Assembly: GCA_030390025.1 (NCBI GenBank)
Contig: CM059432.1
Location: 94,056,001-94,120,000 of the forward strand
Direction: 5' to 3'
Length of the DNA: 64,000 nt
Source: Squalus acanthias
Taxonomy: Eukaryota
Every line of letters begins with the position of its first letter. The stretch's first letter is position 1. The notes beneath the pieces are model-generated. The model did not search any database. It worked only from the letters and a program-made list of their open reading frames with translations, and was not told the origin of the DNA. The translations under genes and the position numbers were made by a program. Shown here in pieces: positions 48,650 to 62,351 of the stretch.

Positions 48650-50529
48650 TATTCGTAAAAAAATAGTGCTGGAGAAATTAATGGGACTGAAAGCTGATAA
48701 ATCCCCAGGGCCTGATAATCTGCATTCCGAGAGTACTAAAAGAGGTAGCCATGGAAATAGTGGATGCATTGGTTATCATCTTCCAAAATTCTATAGATTA
48801 TGGAACAGCTCCTGCAGATTGGAGGGTGGCAAATGTAACCCCACTATTTAAAAAAGGAGGGAGAGAGAAAACAGGGAACTACAGACCGGCTAGCCTAACA
48901 TCAGTAGTAGGGAAAATACTAGAGTCTATTGTAAAGGATGTGATAACAGGACACTTAGAAAATATCAACGGGATTAGACAAAGTCAACATGGATTTATGA
49001 AAGGGAAATCGTGTTTGACAAACCTACTGGAGTTTTTTGAGGATGTAACTGGTAGAATAGATAAGGGAGAACCAGTGGATGTGGTGTATTTGGATTTTCA
49101 GAAGGCCTTTGATAAAGTCCCACATAAGAGGTTAGTGTGCAAAATTAAAGCACATGGGATTGGGGGTAATATACTGGCATGGATTGAAAATTGGTTAACA
49201 GACAGGAAACAGAGAGTAGGAATAAATGGGTCTTTTTTGGGGTGGCAGGCGGTGACTAGTGGGGTACTGCAGGGATCAGTGCTTGGGCGCCAGCTATTCA
49301 CAATATATATCAATGATTTGGATGGGGGAACCAAATGTAATATTTCCAAGTTTGCTGACGACACGAAACTAGGTGGGATTGTGAGTTGTGAGGAGGATGC
49401 AAAGAGGCTTCAAGGCAATTTAGACAAGTTGAGTGAGTGGACAAATACATGGCAGATGCAGTATAACGTGGATAAATGTGAAGTTATCCACTTCGGTCGT
49501 AAAAACAGAAAGGCAGAGTATTATTTAAATGGTGATAGATTGGGAAATGTTGATGTACAGAGGGACCTGGGTGTCCTTGTACACCAGTCACTGAAAGCAA
49601 ACATGCAGGTGCAGCAAGCAGTTAGGAAGGCAAATGGTATGTTGGCCTTCATTGCAAGAGGATTTGAGTACAGGAGCAAGGATGTCTTACTACAGTTGTA
49701 CAGGGCCTTGGTGAGACCACACCTGAAATACTGTGTGCAGTTTTGGCCTCCTTACCTAAGAAAGGATATACTTGCCATAGAGGGAGTGCAGCGAAGGTTC
49801 ACCAGACCGATTCCTGGGATGGCAGGACTGTCATATAAGGAGAGATTGGGTCGACTAGGCCTGTATTCACTAGAGTTTAGAAGAATGAGAGTGGATCTCA
49901 TTGAAACGTATAAAATTCTGACAGGGCTAGACAGACTGGATGCAGGGAGGATGCTTCCCCTGGCTGGGGGTTCTAGAACGAGGGGTCACAGTCTCAGGAT
50001 ATGGGGGAGGACATTTAGGACTGAGATGAGAGAAATTTCTTCACTGAGGATGGTGAACCTGTGGAATTCTCTACCACAGAAGGCTGTGGAGGCCAAGTCA
50101 CTGAATATATTTAAGAAGGAGATAGATAGATTTCTAGACACAAAAGGCATCAAGGGGTATGGGGAGAGAGTGGGAATATGGTATTGAGATAGAGGATCAG
50201 CCATGATCATATTGAATGGTGGAGCAGGCTCGAAGGGCCGAATAGCCTCCTGCTGCTCCTATTTTCCTATGTTTCTATGCCTGGTGATGAGAGATTGAAA
50301 GCAAGGCAATGGCAAACTCAATAGTCTGTAATCTGAGCCAGGCAGGTCCATAGTACTCCAGACTACAAGTGATGATTGACCAAGTGATGCTAGATTAACT
50401 TATTGTTGAGACCTAGAGGGATAGACCTGTCACTGGGTGATGAGGCTCTTTCCACTCACCTCCTTGCAAGTAATTGGATAAACAGTGGCAAACCTAACGT
50501 GCCTTGAGCTGGTAATTTTAAACTGTTTG

Positions 50530-50962
50530 TGGCTGTTTGGCTTAGTTGGTAGCACCCTCATCTCTGTGTCACAAGGTCATAGGTTCAAATCCCAATCCAG
50601 AGACTTGAACAGAAAATCTAGGCTAACACTCCAGCGCAGTAATGAGCGAGTTCTGCACTGTCAAAGCTGCCATCTTTTGAATGCGATCTTAACCCGAGGC
50701 CCTGTCTGCCCTCTCAGGTGGATGTAAAAGATCCCATGACATTATTTCTAAGAAGAGCAAGGGAGTTCTCCCCGGTGTCCTGGCCAATATTTATCCCTCA
50801 ACCAACATCACTAAAACACTGGTCATTATCACTTTGCTGTTTGTGGGACCTTGCAGCGCAAATTGGCTGCTGTGTTTCCTACATTACAACAGTGACTCAC
50901 TTCAAAAAGTACTTCATTGGCTGTAAAGTGCTTTGGGATGTCCTGAGGTTGTGAAAGGCGCT
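50530..50962 (+). mobile_element. Deu-domain SINE
   Basis: TGGCTTAGTTGG and GGTTCAAATCC boxes; same core as 34763. Confidence 0.85.
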
Positions 50963-51599
50963 ACCTGTAGGCCTTGTCTTTCCAGCACACGTGGCTATCT
51001 ATTTTCCTGAGCAAGGAATGCTCAACAACAACCATCTCTTTATGGTTTACAGATTGTGTCTTAGTTCAATTTATCCCCTCTGGTATTCTTGGTGCCTTTT
51101 CTTCAAGGGCCTTATTACCTCTGCAGTTTTGGACAGTACTTGGTGTCTACTCATTATTGGGAGATTGTGGGTGTCTTTGCAGGTTTTCTTACCATGCAAG
51201 TCCTTGTTTTTTAAGCTACATGGTTTTAGCTAGTTAAACTCCGAGCAGTATCATATGCACATTTATGGTCCCAAAACCATGTTCTTTGGCAATCTGTACC
51301 CAAGTTCTCTGGGTAAGTCGGCATGGGAAGATAGTGTGCAGTCCGTATCAGTCAAGTATACACTCTACTTAATGTTGGTTTCTCAGTAATTTAGTTTGGA
51401 GATTAAAGATGGCTCTGTAATGAAACATCAACCCATTTACTTTCTAAACTTGTGGTTTAAAATCAGCTGTGTTAAAGTTTACAACTCTCACCCTGAAAAA
51501 TAAGCCTTTACTTTATACTTCTGTCAGTCTGGATTGATATAATATTAAGCAGAGTCACTTTTACATCAACATTAACTCATGTGGGGTAACATTTTTAAA

Positions 51600-52010
51600 A
51601 TGTTGATGGGTTTTTGTACATCAGGCACCCAGAGAGCGTGTTTACATGGGGTCAGGTCATGAATGTACTCCCACAGAGCTCTGTGCTGGGATCATTGCTG
51701 TTCATCATCTTTATTGATGATTTGGATGATGACATTAATGGGACCATTCACAAGTTTGTAGATGACACAGACCAATTTAGATAAATTAGGCAAATGGGCC
51801 TGTGTGTGGCAGATGTCCTGCAATATGGATAAGTGAAGTATAATGCATTTGATTCTGGGAAACGCCAGGCATATGTATACAGTGCTAAAGGCTGGAGAGT
51901 AGGAGTAGGACCTGGGGAGTCGTAACTGATAAATCACTGTCGGTCCACAGGCAGTGTGATGAGACCATTGAGAAGACAAATGGGGTTTTAGGATATATTG
52001 CTAGGATAGT
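51600..52010 (+). mobile_element. Decayed CR1 RT fragment
   Basis: [18 protein letters not shown]...KFVDDT remnants. Confidence 0.6.
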
Positions 52011-52039
52011 ATAAGCTTACCCCCCAACCCCCTCAGGAT

Positions 52040-53100
52040 CAACATTATTTACCTCCCAGTTGTCCTTGACATGTATGGCTACACCACCTCCTGTTCTGTC
52101 CTTTCTTAATACTCTATACCCCTGAACATTAAGGGGGAAAAATTGAGTCATGCCCTCTTTGGGGCGCTAACTTCGCCGGGGCGCTACCCGAAAAAATTAG
52201 CACCCCCATGGCCAAAATTCATCGGTAGCGCCCCAAGAGGGAAGCGCCCCGCCTCCCTCTTGGAACGCTGCGAGGGAATATCGCGGCGCTACGTGCCGCA
52301 GCACCACACGCTGCGGCACGTCACGCCGCGGTATTGCAGGCTTTCCTCCTCTTCTTAAAGGGGTGGGGCCTTGCGCAGCATGACCTGGGGCTCAGCTGGG
52401 CCACCGGGATTGGAGTGCCGGCAAAAGAGCCCGGCACTCAAGAGAAGTGCCAGGCTCATGGAGCACAGCTAGCACTCCGCGTGGGGGGGGGGGGGGGGTG
52501 GGGGGCAGTGCTGCTCAGGAGGCCAGGGACGGCAATGGAGGCAGGTGCTGGCAGGTGGCCAGCAACAAAAATGGCCGCCTGGCACCTCGCCTTTAATTAG
52601 CGCCGCCCCTGCCACAGGTAGGCCCCCCTGACTCCGTCAGATGTAGCGTCTGGCGGTAAGTCAGGGGGCGCTACCAAAGATCGCGGCTGGGGCACTGCGC
52701 ACGGCGATGATGTCATCGCCGGCAGCGCAGCGCCGCGGGGCACTAACGGTTACCGCCACCGCTAACCTCCTGCTGAATTTCGCGGGAGGCATTGGCGGTG
52801 CCGCACCCGGGCGCTAGTTGCTTTGCGTCCCATTAGCGCCCAACGGGAGGCGCAAAGCAACCGAATTTCTCCCCCTAAATTTGTTGCCATCCTCTGGGGT
52901 TAGCCACATTTCTGATATCCCCATCATATCATAGTTTCTACTGTCACAATAGCTTCCAGTTCTGTTATCGTATTTCTAGCATTCACATGTCTCCAAGCGT
53001 CAGGTTATTCCTGGACTCTTGTACTTGTGAGTCTCTCAGGGTTACTGTGTTCCTATCAACCTCCTAACTACCTTCTAACCAATGATCCCTTCTATCTGGG
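52040..53100 (-). mobile_element. Decayed CR1 endonuclease region split by a MITE
   Basis: VNAR...ELEA...YDMMGISEMWL, then after the MITE NVQGYRVLRKDR.GGGVA. Confidence 0.6.
52133..52875. mobile_element. Young GC-rich Harbinger/PIF MITE
   Basis: TIRs GGGGGAAAAATT and (reverse complement) GGGGGAGAAATT; TAA TSD (52130-52132, 52876-52878); CpG-dense. Confidence 0.88.
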
Positions 53101-53169
53101 ATCGAGTTACCTCCTGTCTGTTTCCAACCCCCGCCCCGCCCCGCCCCATCTTGTTTAAGTGGTTTTTAA

Positions 53170-53392
53170 TTGCTGGACCCTAAGCTCTGGAATTTCGTCC
53201 CTAAACCTCTCCGCCTCTCTTTCCTCCTTTAAGACGCTCCTTAAAACCTACCTCTTTAACCAAGCTTTTGGTCATCTGCCCTAATTTCTCCTTATGTGGT
53301 TCGGTGTCCAATATTGTTTTATAACACTCCTGTGAAGCGCCTTGTGACGTTTTACTACGTTAAAGGTGCTATATAAATACAAGTTGTTGCTG
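53170..53392 (+). mobile_element. L2 3' end fragment
   Basis: Reverse complement of 8650-8840. Confidence 0.85.
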
Positions 53393-54329
53393 CTTCAATG
53401 TTCCTTGCAAGTCTCTTTGTTCCTCTTTGATTAAGGTGCAGCCCCTCTCTCATGTAGCATTCCATTTTATTCTGATAGTGTTCCTAGTTATCTCTGAAGG
53501 TAGTATTGTTGCTTTGACACCAGCCTGCCTTTCATTTATTTACATCCCTAATTTTATTAGTGAACTCCTCCTTTCCCAAATACTGGAAGTATACCAGAGA
53601 ACTCAATTTTGCATCCCTATTTTTGAATTTTCAGGCAATTTTCATGTCTGTGCCTTTTAAGGCCATTATATTATTTCTTTGTGTGTAGTTTACTCCTATA
53701 TAGAGTACTACCACTGGCACCTTCAGTATCCCTTCTCACTTTTCCTCATTGTGTACTGCTCTAGCTCCAGGTCGACAGCGCAGCATTCTGTGGGCCTTGT
53801 CTTTCTAGCACGCATGGCTATCTATTTTCTTGTGCAAGGAATGCCCAACAACCACAGTCTCTTTATGGCCTACAGATTGTCTTAGTTCAAGCTATCCCTT
53901 CTTGTCTTCTTGCTGTTTTTTCTGTAAAGGACCTCATTACCTCTGCAGTATTGGACAGTACCTGGTATCTACTGATTATTGGGAGTTTGTGGGTATCTTT
54001 AAAGGTTTTTTTTACCATTCCTACTTCCTTTCCCGACCTTAATCCATCCAGCAACCCCCCTTCTTTGGTTTTCCTCTGTATTAATCTCCATATTATCACA
54101 CCCCTGTCACTTGTACCACATATACTTCTATCTCCCTTTTTCTTTCTCTCCTCCTTACCACTCTTAGGCCCTTCTTGCCTCCCTGTTATCCAGTCATGCC
54201 TCCTTTCATTTCTCCAAGCTTGGTTACTTTGCTGCCCCCCCCCTGACATCAACCCTTCCTACTCTTTTGCCACCGTCCCAAGCTTGACTCACTCTTGGAT
54301 AAACCCACAGCTTCCCTCTGTGCCACTCT

Positions 54330-54641
54330 CGGCATTCTCCGACAGTCCCATCAAGGCATTTGTTGCTGCCTCTTTATGAGCAGCAGCCCCAACTGCTACA
54401 TCCTATTCCCTCATCAACCTTTTCATCCAGTGTGCCCATTGGGGGCTACTTTTGCCAACCTCTTTCCTGTCCCACTCATCCCTCCCACCACTGACCCCGT
54501 GGACTTTGCCAGTTCATCAACAATCACCTCCCCTCTCCGTATCTCCTTCCTGAATGTCTGTTCACTTGTGTACAAGGCCCATGCCATCCATGACACATTA
54601 TTGTGGATAATTGCATCAACATTATGGCCTTGACAGAAACT
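54330..54641 (+). mobile_element. L2/CR1-type ORF2 N-terminal (APE) fragment
   Basis: LRISFLNVCSL..KA.AI.D...INIMALTET. Confidence 0.6.
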
Positions 54642-57156
54642 TTGCTGTAATAAGTTTCTGTATTATTTGCAATTTAATATATATTTTTGTTCTTACCTTC
54701 CTACCAATTCTGTTGTTCATACTTCATTTATATGTGTTAATTCAGTCTTGTGTAAAGATAAAGAAAATGACCAATTGAAAGGACATGGAGCAAACAGTGA
54801 AAATATGTTGAGTTAGCTCTTGTGGCACAGTGAAACTGTATTTCACACTCGTGGTTCAAAAACAACAGAGAATCAAAATAATTTGAACCTCTGCTGGCCT
54901 TTTTTCTTCTTGTACAGCACGTGCACATATCAGACAGCAATTTGATACCAGTCAATGCAGGTACAGCTTCAGGGACAATACACAATTAACTGCTGAGAAG
55001 ATAGAATTCAATTGAAATCAATAATCATGAATTGAATTTGAGCTCCTGTGTAAATGGGCTTTCAGTGCCATGTCTAATTAAGGGTCAGTGTACTACATTA
55101 GGTTCGCAGGCGCAGAGTCTAATTAAATACTCATGGTGGATGCACAATATTATATGTCACCCGTTGGAAATGCTCAAATCGGTGTTCTGTCAAGCCAAGT
55201 AATGGAATTAAAAGATTTTCCCCCTAATTATATTTATTATTTAGATTTTTCTGCAATGAAGCAACATATTTACAACTATTGATGGCAGATCTGAAATGAC
55301 CATGCAATCTTCTAATAATATTAATGCTAGTAACCTTCAGCTGAAACCTGGTGAGCAGGGATATTGCTATCCTTGCTACATTGATACTTCAGATAGCTCA
55401 AAGCTGAAATGCTATTTACTTAACCAGCTGAGCCATCATGAAGGCATGTGGTGAGTAATTCCTTTCACTAAACTGTTATATGAATAAGTGATAGCAACGT
55501 TGATAATTTTACTTGCAGTTTAAAAAAATATTTGGATGACTAAATCATGGAGCTAGAAATCTGAGCCAGTTTTGTGATAAACAGGCAAAAGGTAATGTCT
55601 GTACTTGCTAAACTAAAACTGGAACAATCACTTAGTCCTAAATGTATGCCCTGCCCCTCAAAATATTTTGCAGGTTGTTAGTTCAGTTACATTGGGAAGT
55701 GATATCTGCCAACAGACTAAGGATGTTTTTTTTTAAATCAGCAGTGTTGGCACAAGCTTGTAATTCATGGTAAAGATTTGACTTTCTATTTATTCTGTGA
55801 ATGACTCATGTTGGGGAGAAATTTCAGTATTATCTTCTTCGAAGTGTACTTATTGCTTCCCTTCGGGGTCAGTGTGGGCAAGTAGTACATGGTCTGTGGC
55901 GGGAATGGAATTGATGGTCAATGGACCCTTTTCTCATTCCACAATTCTTATGATTTTCCCTTCAATTTTCACCACTGCAGTAAACTAAGATTTTACATCA
56001 AAGGCTTGACATTTACTTCTATTTTTAAAAACATTTTCAAACCATACCATCTCTGATGCTGTGTGACATGTTACATATAACATTGACATCACAGGAATAT
56101 TTGTGAAAGGTATTACTTTTAAAGAAAGATCTTAAAGAATGGGCAGGAGAGAAGGTACACAATCAAGTGAATGAGAAATGCAAAAAAAAATAATAAAATT
56201 GTTAGCATTTTATTCAAAACACTGCTCAGTAGCAAAATAGTAAACTTTGTATGGAGGAGAATCTGTTATACATACAAGCCTAGAAAATATGGAAAAAATT
56301 AAATACTTGGTTTACAAATTAATTATACATATTGTAACCACTATATTGTAATTAAATTGTACTTTAAGCCAGATTTTTCCTCGATGTAATGCAGAGATTG
56401 TTTGTAACTCTGAGATGTGGGGCATGCAGATGAACTCTCCTGTGAAGGGAGGTGCTACCCAGGTACAATTACAACAAAATAGAATAGACTTTGTTAAAGT
56501 AAGGAATACCGAAGGAATAAAACCATTCTCTTATAGTTTAAATTGTTCATCAAATGCAAAATTTCATAATTATTCACAACCATTAAGTAATAACAAACTC
56601 CTACTCCTTGGCAACAGATAATAATCAGGAACCACAGAATGCTTCCATAGAGATGAAGATGTGATAGACAATAACAGAAAGTTCTTTGGAATTTAATCCA
56701 CTATTAGAAACCAGAGATGATCCAACATGAATATTTGGAATCATTTGTACAAAGAGAAATAAAAAGTGTTAATTAGTCCACTGAAGTCGCAGTTGGGAAC
56801 TTCTTTCAGTAGTCTCTGGTTTGGTTTATTAGGTACTGCTGTGTCCAGAAAGAAACAGGGAATTGAATTTGGAAAAAAAATCCTCAAAAGAATAAAGTAA
56901 AACCAAGGCCATGAGGGGAAAAGTTGTGTTTTCTTTAAATAGCATTAAATTAATAGTATTGCTTAAGAGGTGGCAGCTGCAGTTGATAAAGTTTAGGTTA
57001 AAAAACAATAAATAGTGGAGTTTATTAAAGGTGTTTTTAAAATCCATTTAATGTTGAAATGTGCACATTTAAGCATTTTATTTCTCATAAAATGGATTCG
57101 TTGAAAGAATATATTTTTATGATATCGTTTTTAGTGGTTGGGTTGAATATAATGTT

Positions 57157-58090
57157 CATAGAGTTTACAGCGCAGAAGCAGGCCATTGAGCCCAACAGGT
57201 CTATGCCGGTGTTTATGCTCGAGCCTCCTCCCACCTTACTTCATCTCACCCTATTAGCATATCCTTCTATTCCTTTCTCCCTCATGTACTTATCTAGCTT
57301 CCCCTTAAATGCATCAATGCTAGTCACCTCAGCTACTCCATATGGTAGCAGGTTCCACATTCTAACCACTCTGAGTAAAGAAGTTTCTTCTGAATTCCTT
57401 ATTTGATTTATTGGTGATTATCTTATATTTATGGCCCCTAATTTTGGATTCCCCACAAGTGGGAACGTCTTCTCTACATCTACCCTATTGACCCTCTTCA
57501 TAATTTTAAAGACCTCTATCAGTTCACTGCTCAACCTTCTATTTACTGCAGAAAAGAGCCCCAGCCTTTTCAGTCTTTCCTGATAGTTATAACCTCTCAG
57601 TTCTGGTATCATCTTTGTAAATCTTTTTTGCACCTTGTCCAGTATCTCTATATCCTTTTTGTAATATGGAGACCAGAACTGAGCACAGTACTCCAAGTGT
57701 GATCTAATCAAGGTTCTATAAGTTTAATGTAACTTCCCTGCTTTTCAATTCTATTCCTCTCGAAATGAACCCCAGTGCTTTTTGTTTTTTTATTTAAATG
57801 GCCTTATTAACTTGTGTTGCTACTTTGAGTGATTTGTGTATCTGTACCCCTAGATCACTTTGCACCTATACCCCATTTAGACTCTTATTTTCCAAGGAGT
57901 ATGTGGCCTGCTTATTCCTGCTACCAAAATGCACCACCTCACACTTATCTATATTGAAATTTATTTGGTATTTACACGCCCATTCTGCAAGTTTATTACT
58001 GTCTTGTATTTTGTCGCACTCCTCCTCAGTATTAACTATACTCCCCAATTTGGTGTCTTCTGCAAATTTCGATTTTCTACTTCCGATTCC
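57157..58090 (-). mobile_element. CR1 3' fragment
   Basis: FAEDTKLG, RSHLEYCAQFWSPY. Confidence 0.9.
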
Positions 58091-58175
58091 AGAGTTCCTG
58101 TGGGCATAGACTTGTTCTAGATTATCTTTTTTTTTTTAAATTTGAAACAAAAAACATTCTTGTGTATCCCCAAAT

Positions 58176-58374
58176 TAAATGAACACAAGTCCCACACTTC
58201 AGACACTGCCACATTAAATGAACACAAGTCCCACACTTCAGACACTGCCACATTAAATGAACACAAGTCCCACACTTCATACACTGCCACATTAAATGAA
58301 CACAAGTCCCACACTTCATACACTGCCATATTAAATGAACACAAACCCCACACTTCATACACTGCCACATTAAA
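58176..58374. repeat. 39-bp minisatellite, 5 copies
   Basis: Unit TAAATGAACACAAGTCCCACACTTCA(G/T)ACACTGCCACAT. Confidence 0.95.
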
Positions 58375-58539
58375 ATAGGATGTCATGACTTGTTCCACAG
58401 TTCTTCATGCAAAACGTTAATACCTTAAGTCCTCCACCTGAAATAGAGCTCAGGAACATTTTTTTAAAAACTTGCTCAATACAATCGAAAGCTATACATG
58501 GGCAGTTAAATTATGACAGGCAGTTTCTTTTCATAAAAC

Positions 58540-59660
58540 TACATGGAATGTGAGTGACCTTGCAGGAGTTGGTTGTGTTTTATCAGGATTTGATCAGTGT
58601 TTGGAACATGGCTTCCTCCAGGAGCTCTTCCCCGCCAGAGGTAGCGACCATTCTATCGGAGCCGCTACTAGGCAATCCACGCTTCCACATTGTCGACTTT
58701 GGTGATATGTGGATGGCAAAGCGAAGGACCCTGGCTGTGAATATAACCAGAGTCAGGGATGTACAGGATGTCACTAGAGGTGTTGACAGCTCGGATGTCC
58801 TGGTGCTACATCTGGCCCGAGGCCAAAGCCATCCAGGTGCTGAAAGTTGCACTAGGCCCTGATTCTACTAGGTGCATTGAGAAGAGTCAAGCATGTGGAG
58901 TGATTCCATCTAATCGTACCTCTGTTCGGATGGAATTTCTTATCGATGTGAGGCCTTGCGAACCTCCGCCTTACAGCTGTCTCTTGGAAATTCCTCCGTG
59001 CAATTCCATTCTGCATGGAAGAATTTCCTGTATATGTTCATCCTGCACTCTCCACTTCCTTACTCTCATCTTTTGTCCGAACACTCCTTGGTGCACCACC
59101 TTGCCATCCATCAAAGGTGGATGCCCCCAGTGGAAGGCTCTGTACGCAGGGATCCTTCCCTGCATTATTGGGGACCTGGGGTGGAGGGAGTTGCACGGAG
59201 CAATAGCATCTAACATACTACCGAGCCACTTCACTGATACCCAGGTCGCGTGCAATTTCTGTGCCCTGGAAGAAACTGTGCTTCACATTTCCATGGACGT
59301 GCGAGAGGTTGCATGCCCTATTCTCCTATTCAAGGGGGCTTCTCCTCAACCTTTGGCTCTATCATTTTAGTCCTATGCTCTTGATCTTTGGCCTCCCAGT
59401 ACAGGGGAGGGGGAGGGTGGGCGAGTGAGAGGACCTTCTTGTGGGTCTGCTCCTGAGCTTGGGCAAAACAGCCACCTACAGGTCCAGGATGCGTGGGACA
59501 CGTCACTCTGGCTGCTTACCTCTCTTCCGCGGTTGTATCCATAAGGAGAGGGACCATGAGGTGTCCACCGGTACGCTCAAGGCCTTCCATGACCGGTGGG
59601 CACCGCAGAACATTCATTGCTTAATAGACCACAACAAGGAGTTCCTGATTTAGTTTACGT
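58540..59660 (+). mobile_element. Tx1/L1-clade LINE 3' fragment, decayed
   Basis: FYQDLISVW, GDLGWRELHGAIASN, CNFCALEETVLH; homologous to 17190-17920. Confidence 0.85.
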
Positions 59661-60729
59661 AATGCTTCTTTCAATTTGATTGGGCCTCAGGTTAGATTGT
59701 ATTAGTGGTGCCCTTGTGGTACTGATTTCTGACCAGTTACCCAGTGCCAGGCCTATTGGTATAATTAAAATGGGCTACACAGGCCAGTGGACTGGATATG
59801 GATATTCTAATCCATGCCATAGAGCAATTCTTCAACATCCGAGAAATGTGGTTCGGCTAAGGGTATGACTGCAATGGATCACAACAGTTGTTAACATTTC
59901 AGCTGCACATCTAAATTTCATACCAGGCACACAAGAACTGTCGCCACTCAGAGAGGTTCTGTATCAATGCACAATCGCCCTTGTTCCGTATTCCCAGGTG
60001 TAAATAGCAACCAACTATGGAACGACGAAAAAGGCTATTAAACCGGTAACTGCACTTCTAATTCCTTTGATATTTAAAGTGACAATTCCCTATTTCAACA
60101 TAACGAATAAACCGGGGTACCTATTTTGCATAAAAGAGCGTCGATTAAACCTAAAATCACATTCACTGATAAGAAACAAAAAACCATTTAAACCCATGAA
60201 GCATCAATGTCTAACATGATTTACCACAGTTTTGAATTGGTGCCTGTAAAAAGGTGCAGGGCTCAGCAGCGCCGGTCGTAAGCTCAGCACTCGGCGAGGT
60301 ATAATAATTGATACGTGTATAGTGGTATTGTACAAGCATGTTTCTGGAATATAAACGTCTCTTCTGCTGAAGATATATTATTACTAGCAATTCCAAGTCA
60401 TAATTTGGGTCCAATGCAATTCAAATGGTAGACGTGATCATCGAAGCAGGAGACTGAGATTTGGATTGGGCGCTAAAATTGTCCAATCGAAAGCAGCAGC
60501 AACCAAGTGAGTCACGGGGTAACATTCACTCGTGTATGTTGTGCAGATTGACAATTGGGGCCATTCAGCACCCACACGTGGCTCTTGTTGGAGGTTTGAC
60601 GTTTCTGCTGTTGGATGGCAACCTGTTAATGATAAAACTGTATTCCGTAACGCCTTATAACTTAGAAAATCTCGTAGACTTTCTACACTTTGGTGGGAAA
60701 ATTCAAAGTTTGGCTTACGTTGTACTTTC

Positions 60730-61440
60730 ATAAAATTATACGGCACAGAAGGAGGCCAGTCGGCCCATTGAGCCCGTGGTGACTCTGCTATTCAATTATT
60801 CTTTTCCCCCATACCCACTTTTTTTTCCTTTTTCAGCTGTTTATGTACTTCCCTTTTAAAAACCATTATGGATTCTGCCGATATAAGTGTTTCTGGTGAG
60901 ATATTCCATGTCCTCTCTGCCCTCTGCAATAAAAACCATATCCTAACTTCTCCCTTTGTGTTTTCAGTAACTATCTTAAATGTATGTCCTCTGGTTGTTG
61001 ACCAGTAGAAGTAGTTTTTCCCCCTACTTATCTTATTAAAGCTGTAAATAATTTTGAACATTTCTATCAATTCTCCTTAACTGCCTCTGTCTACTGAAAA
61101 AGCCCCAGTTTTTCTAACCTGTCCTCACACCTGTAGCCTTTACCCCTTATATAATCTTAGTGGCTCTCCTTTGCACGCTCGCTGTAGCCTTGATTTCTTT
61201 CCGAAAGTGTAGTGTTCAAACCTGGATACAATATTCTAACTGGCCTAACCAATGATTTGTACAGGTTTAGCATTGCCTCTACTTTTGTGCCTATGCCCCT
61301 GTTTATGAAACCTAGAATTCTATATGCTTTTAAAAAAAAAATCTTTGCCAACTTGTCCTCAAACTTTTAAATGTTTATGTATTGTAAGTGTTTATATATC
61401 TGAACCTGTAAATCTCACTGCTTTTAAAGTTGCACCATTT
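60730..61440 (-). mobile_element. Decayed CR1 3' fragment
   Basis: KAYRILGFINRGI, LYKSLVRP, TRGHTFK. Confidence 0.8.
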
Positions 61441-62258
61441 AGTATCTATTGGTTGTGTTTTATTGGTTAACTTGTGTATTTGACACATATGTTTGAAGTA
61501 AATCTTTCTCTGGAGTGGAGCTATCCTCTGATTCATGACCCCATAAAATTAATGTTATCTGGACTAAATGTTGTAGTGATTAGTTGGCTAACCTCTGTTA
61601 GAAAACTTGTTTTCCATAATTGAGAGTCAGTGCATTAAAGGCAAGCGGTACTGAAGAGCAGTGGTAATTATAGAAACATGTGAGCTGACCACAGCATGCC
61701 TTGAACAAAATAAGAAAGTGTTGTTTATTAAAATAATTCAAATTTTAATTCATCTTTGTCTGATACACGTAACTGAAGCAAATTGTGTAGAGCAACTGAA
61801 GCCCACCAGGGCAGTACTCCCATTCATAATCTTTTATATATTGCTTCTAATTCAGAAAGGTAGAAACTCTATTTGCCAGTCAAGCCTTGAATCACAGATC
61901 CTTTGATCAGTTCAAGAGCTGCTTCATTTGGAGACTTTCTAACCAACAACTTTTAGTGGCCATTTTGACAGGTTGGGCTCAGCTGCCAGCTTTACTGAGA
62001 TATTAGCTGAGTCTATTCTGTAGGAAAGTGCCCAGGATTAGGTCTCTGTGCTTTTTTTTATTTGTTTCCTTTTTCCCTGCCCCAAAGTTCCTGATCTTAA
62101 CTGACTATGTGATCAGCATTATTCTGGAACACCAGCCTTAAAATGACACTGAAGAAGAGTTGGTTGGTGTGGTACCGGTGGGCGAGTCTTCTGCTGTTGA
62201 AGTGGCATTGTTTTCTTTTCTTTTCTTAAAAAAAATTGCACTACACAATTTGTTTCAG

Positions 62259-62291
62259 ATTCAGAGGAAGATAGTCGGAAAGATGTTGCAG
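62259..62291 (+). CDS. Candidate 33-nt microexon of an unidentified host gene
   Basis: Pyrimidine tract and TTTGTTTCAG acceptor, CAG|GTAATA donor, length divisible by 3; phase-1 reading (D)SEEDSRKDVA. Confidence 0.35.
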
Positions 62292-62351
62292 GTAATATAT
62301 GTGTTGAAGTATTGGGGATGGAGTGGGAAGTAAAGGATGATTTGGGTTTAG

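Larger units (their letters stand above)
45990..50279 (+). mobile_element. CR1 LINE with near-complete frameshifted ORF2 (APE and RT), interrupted by a MITE
   Basis: YLNARSI, ITETWL, GDFN, SDH; 478-aa RT ORF 48751-50187; TTCTATG tail. Confidence 0.95.

Noticed and set aside
52133..52875. CpG island or host promoter
   Set aside because: Bounded by TIRs and a TAA TSD and splits a CR1, so it is a young MITE.
58117..58398. Cys-rich 'zinc finger/heme-binding' repeat ORF (CMKCGTCVH)
   Set aside because: Translation of the 39-bp minisatellite.
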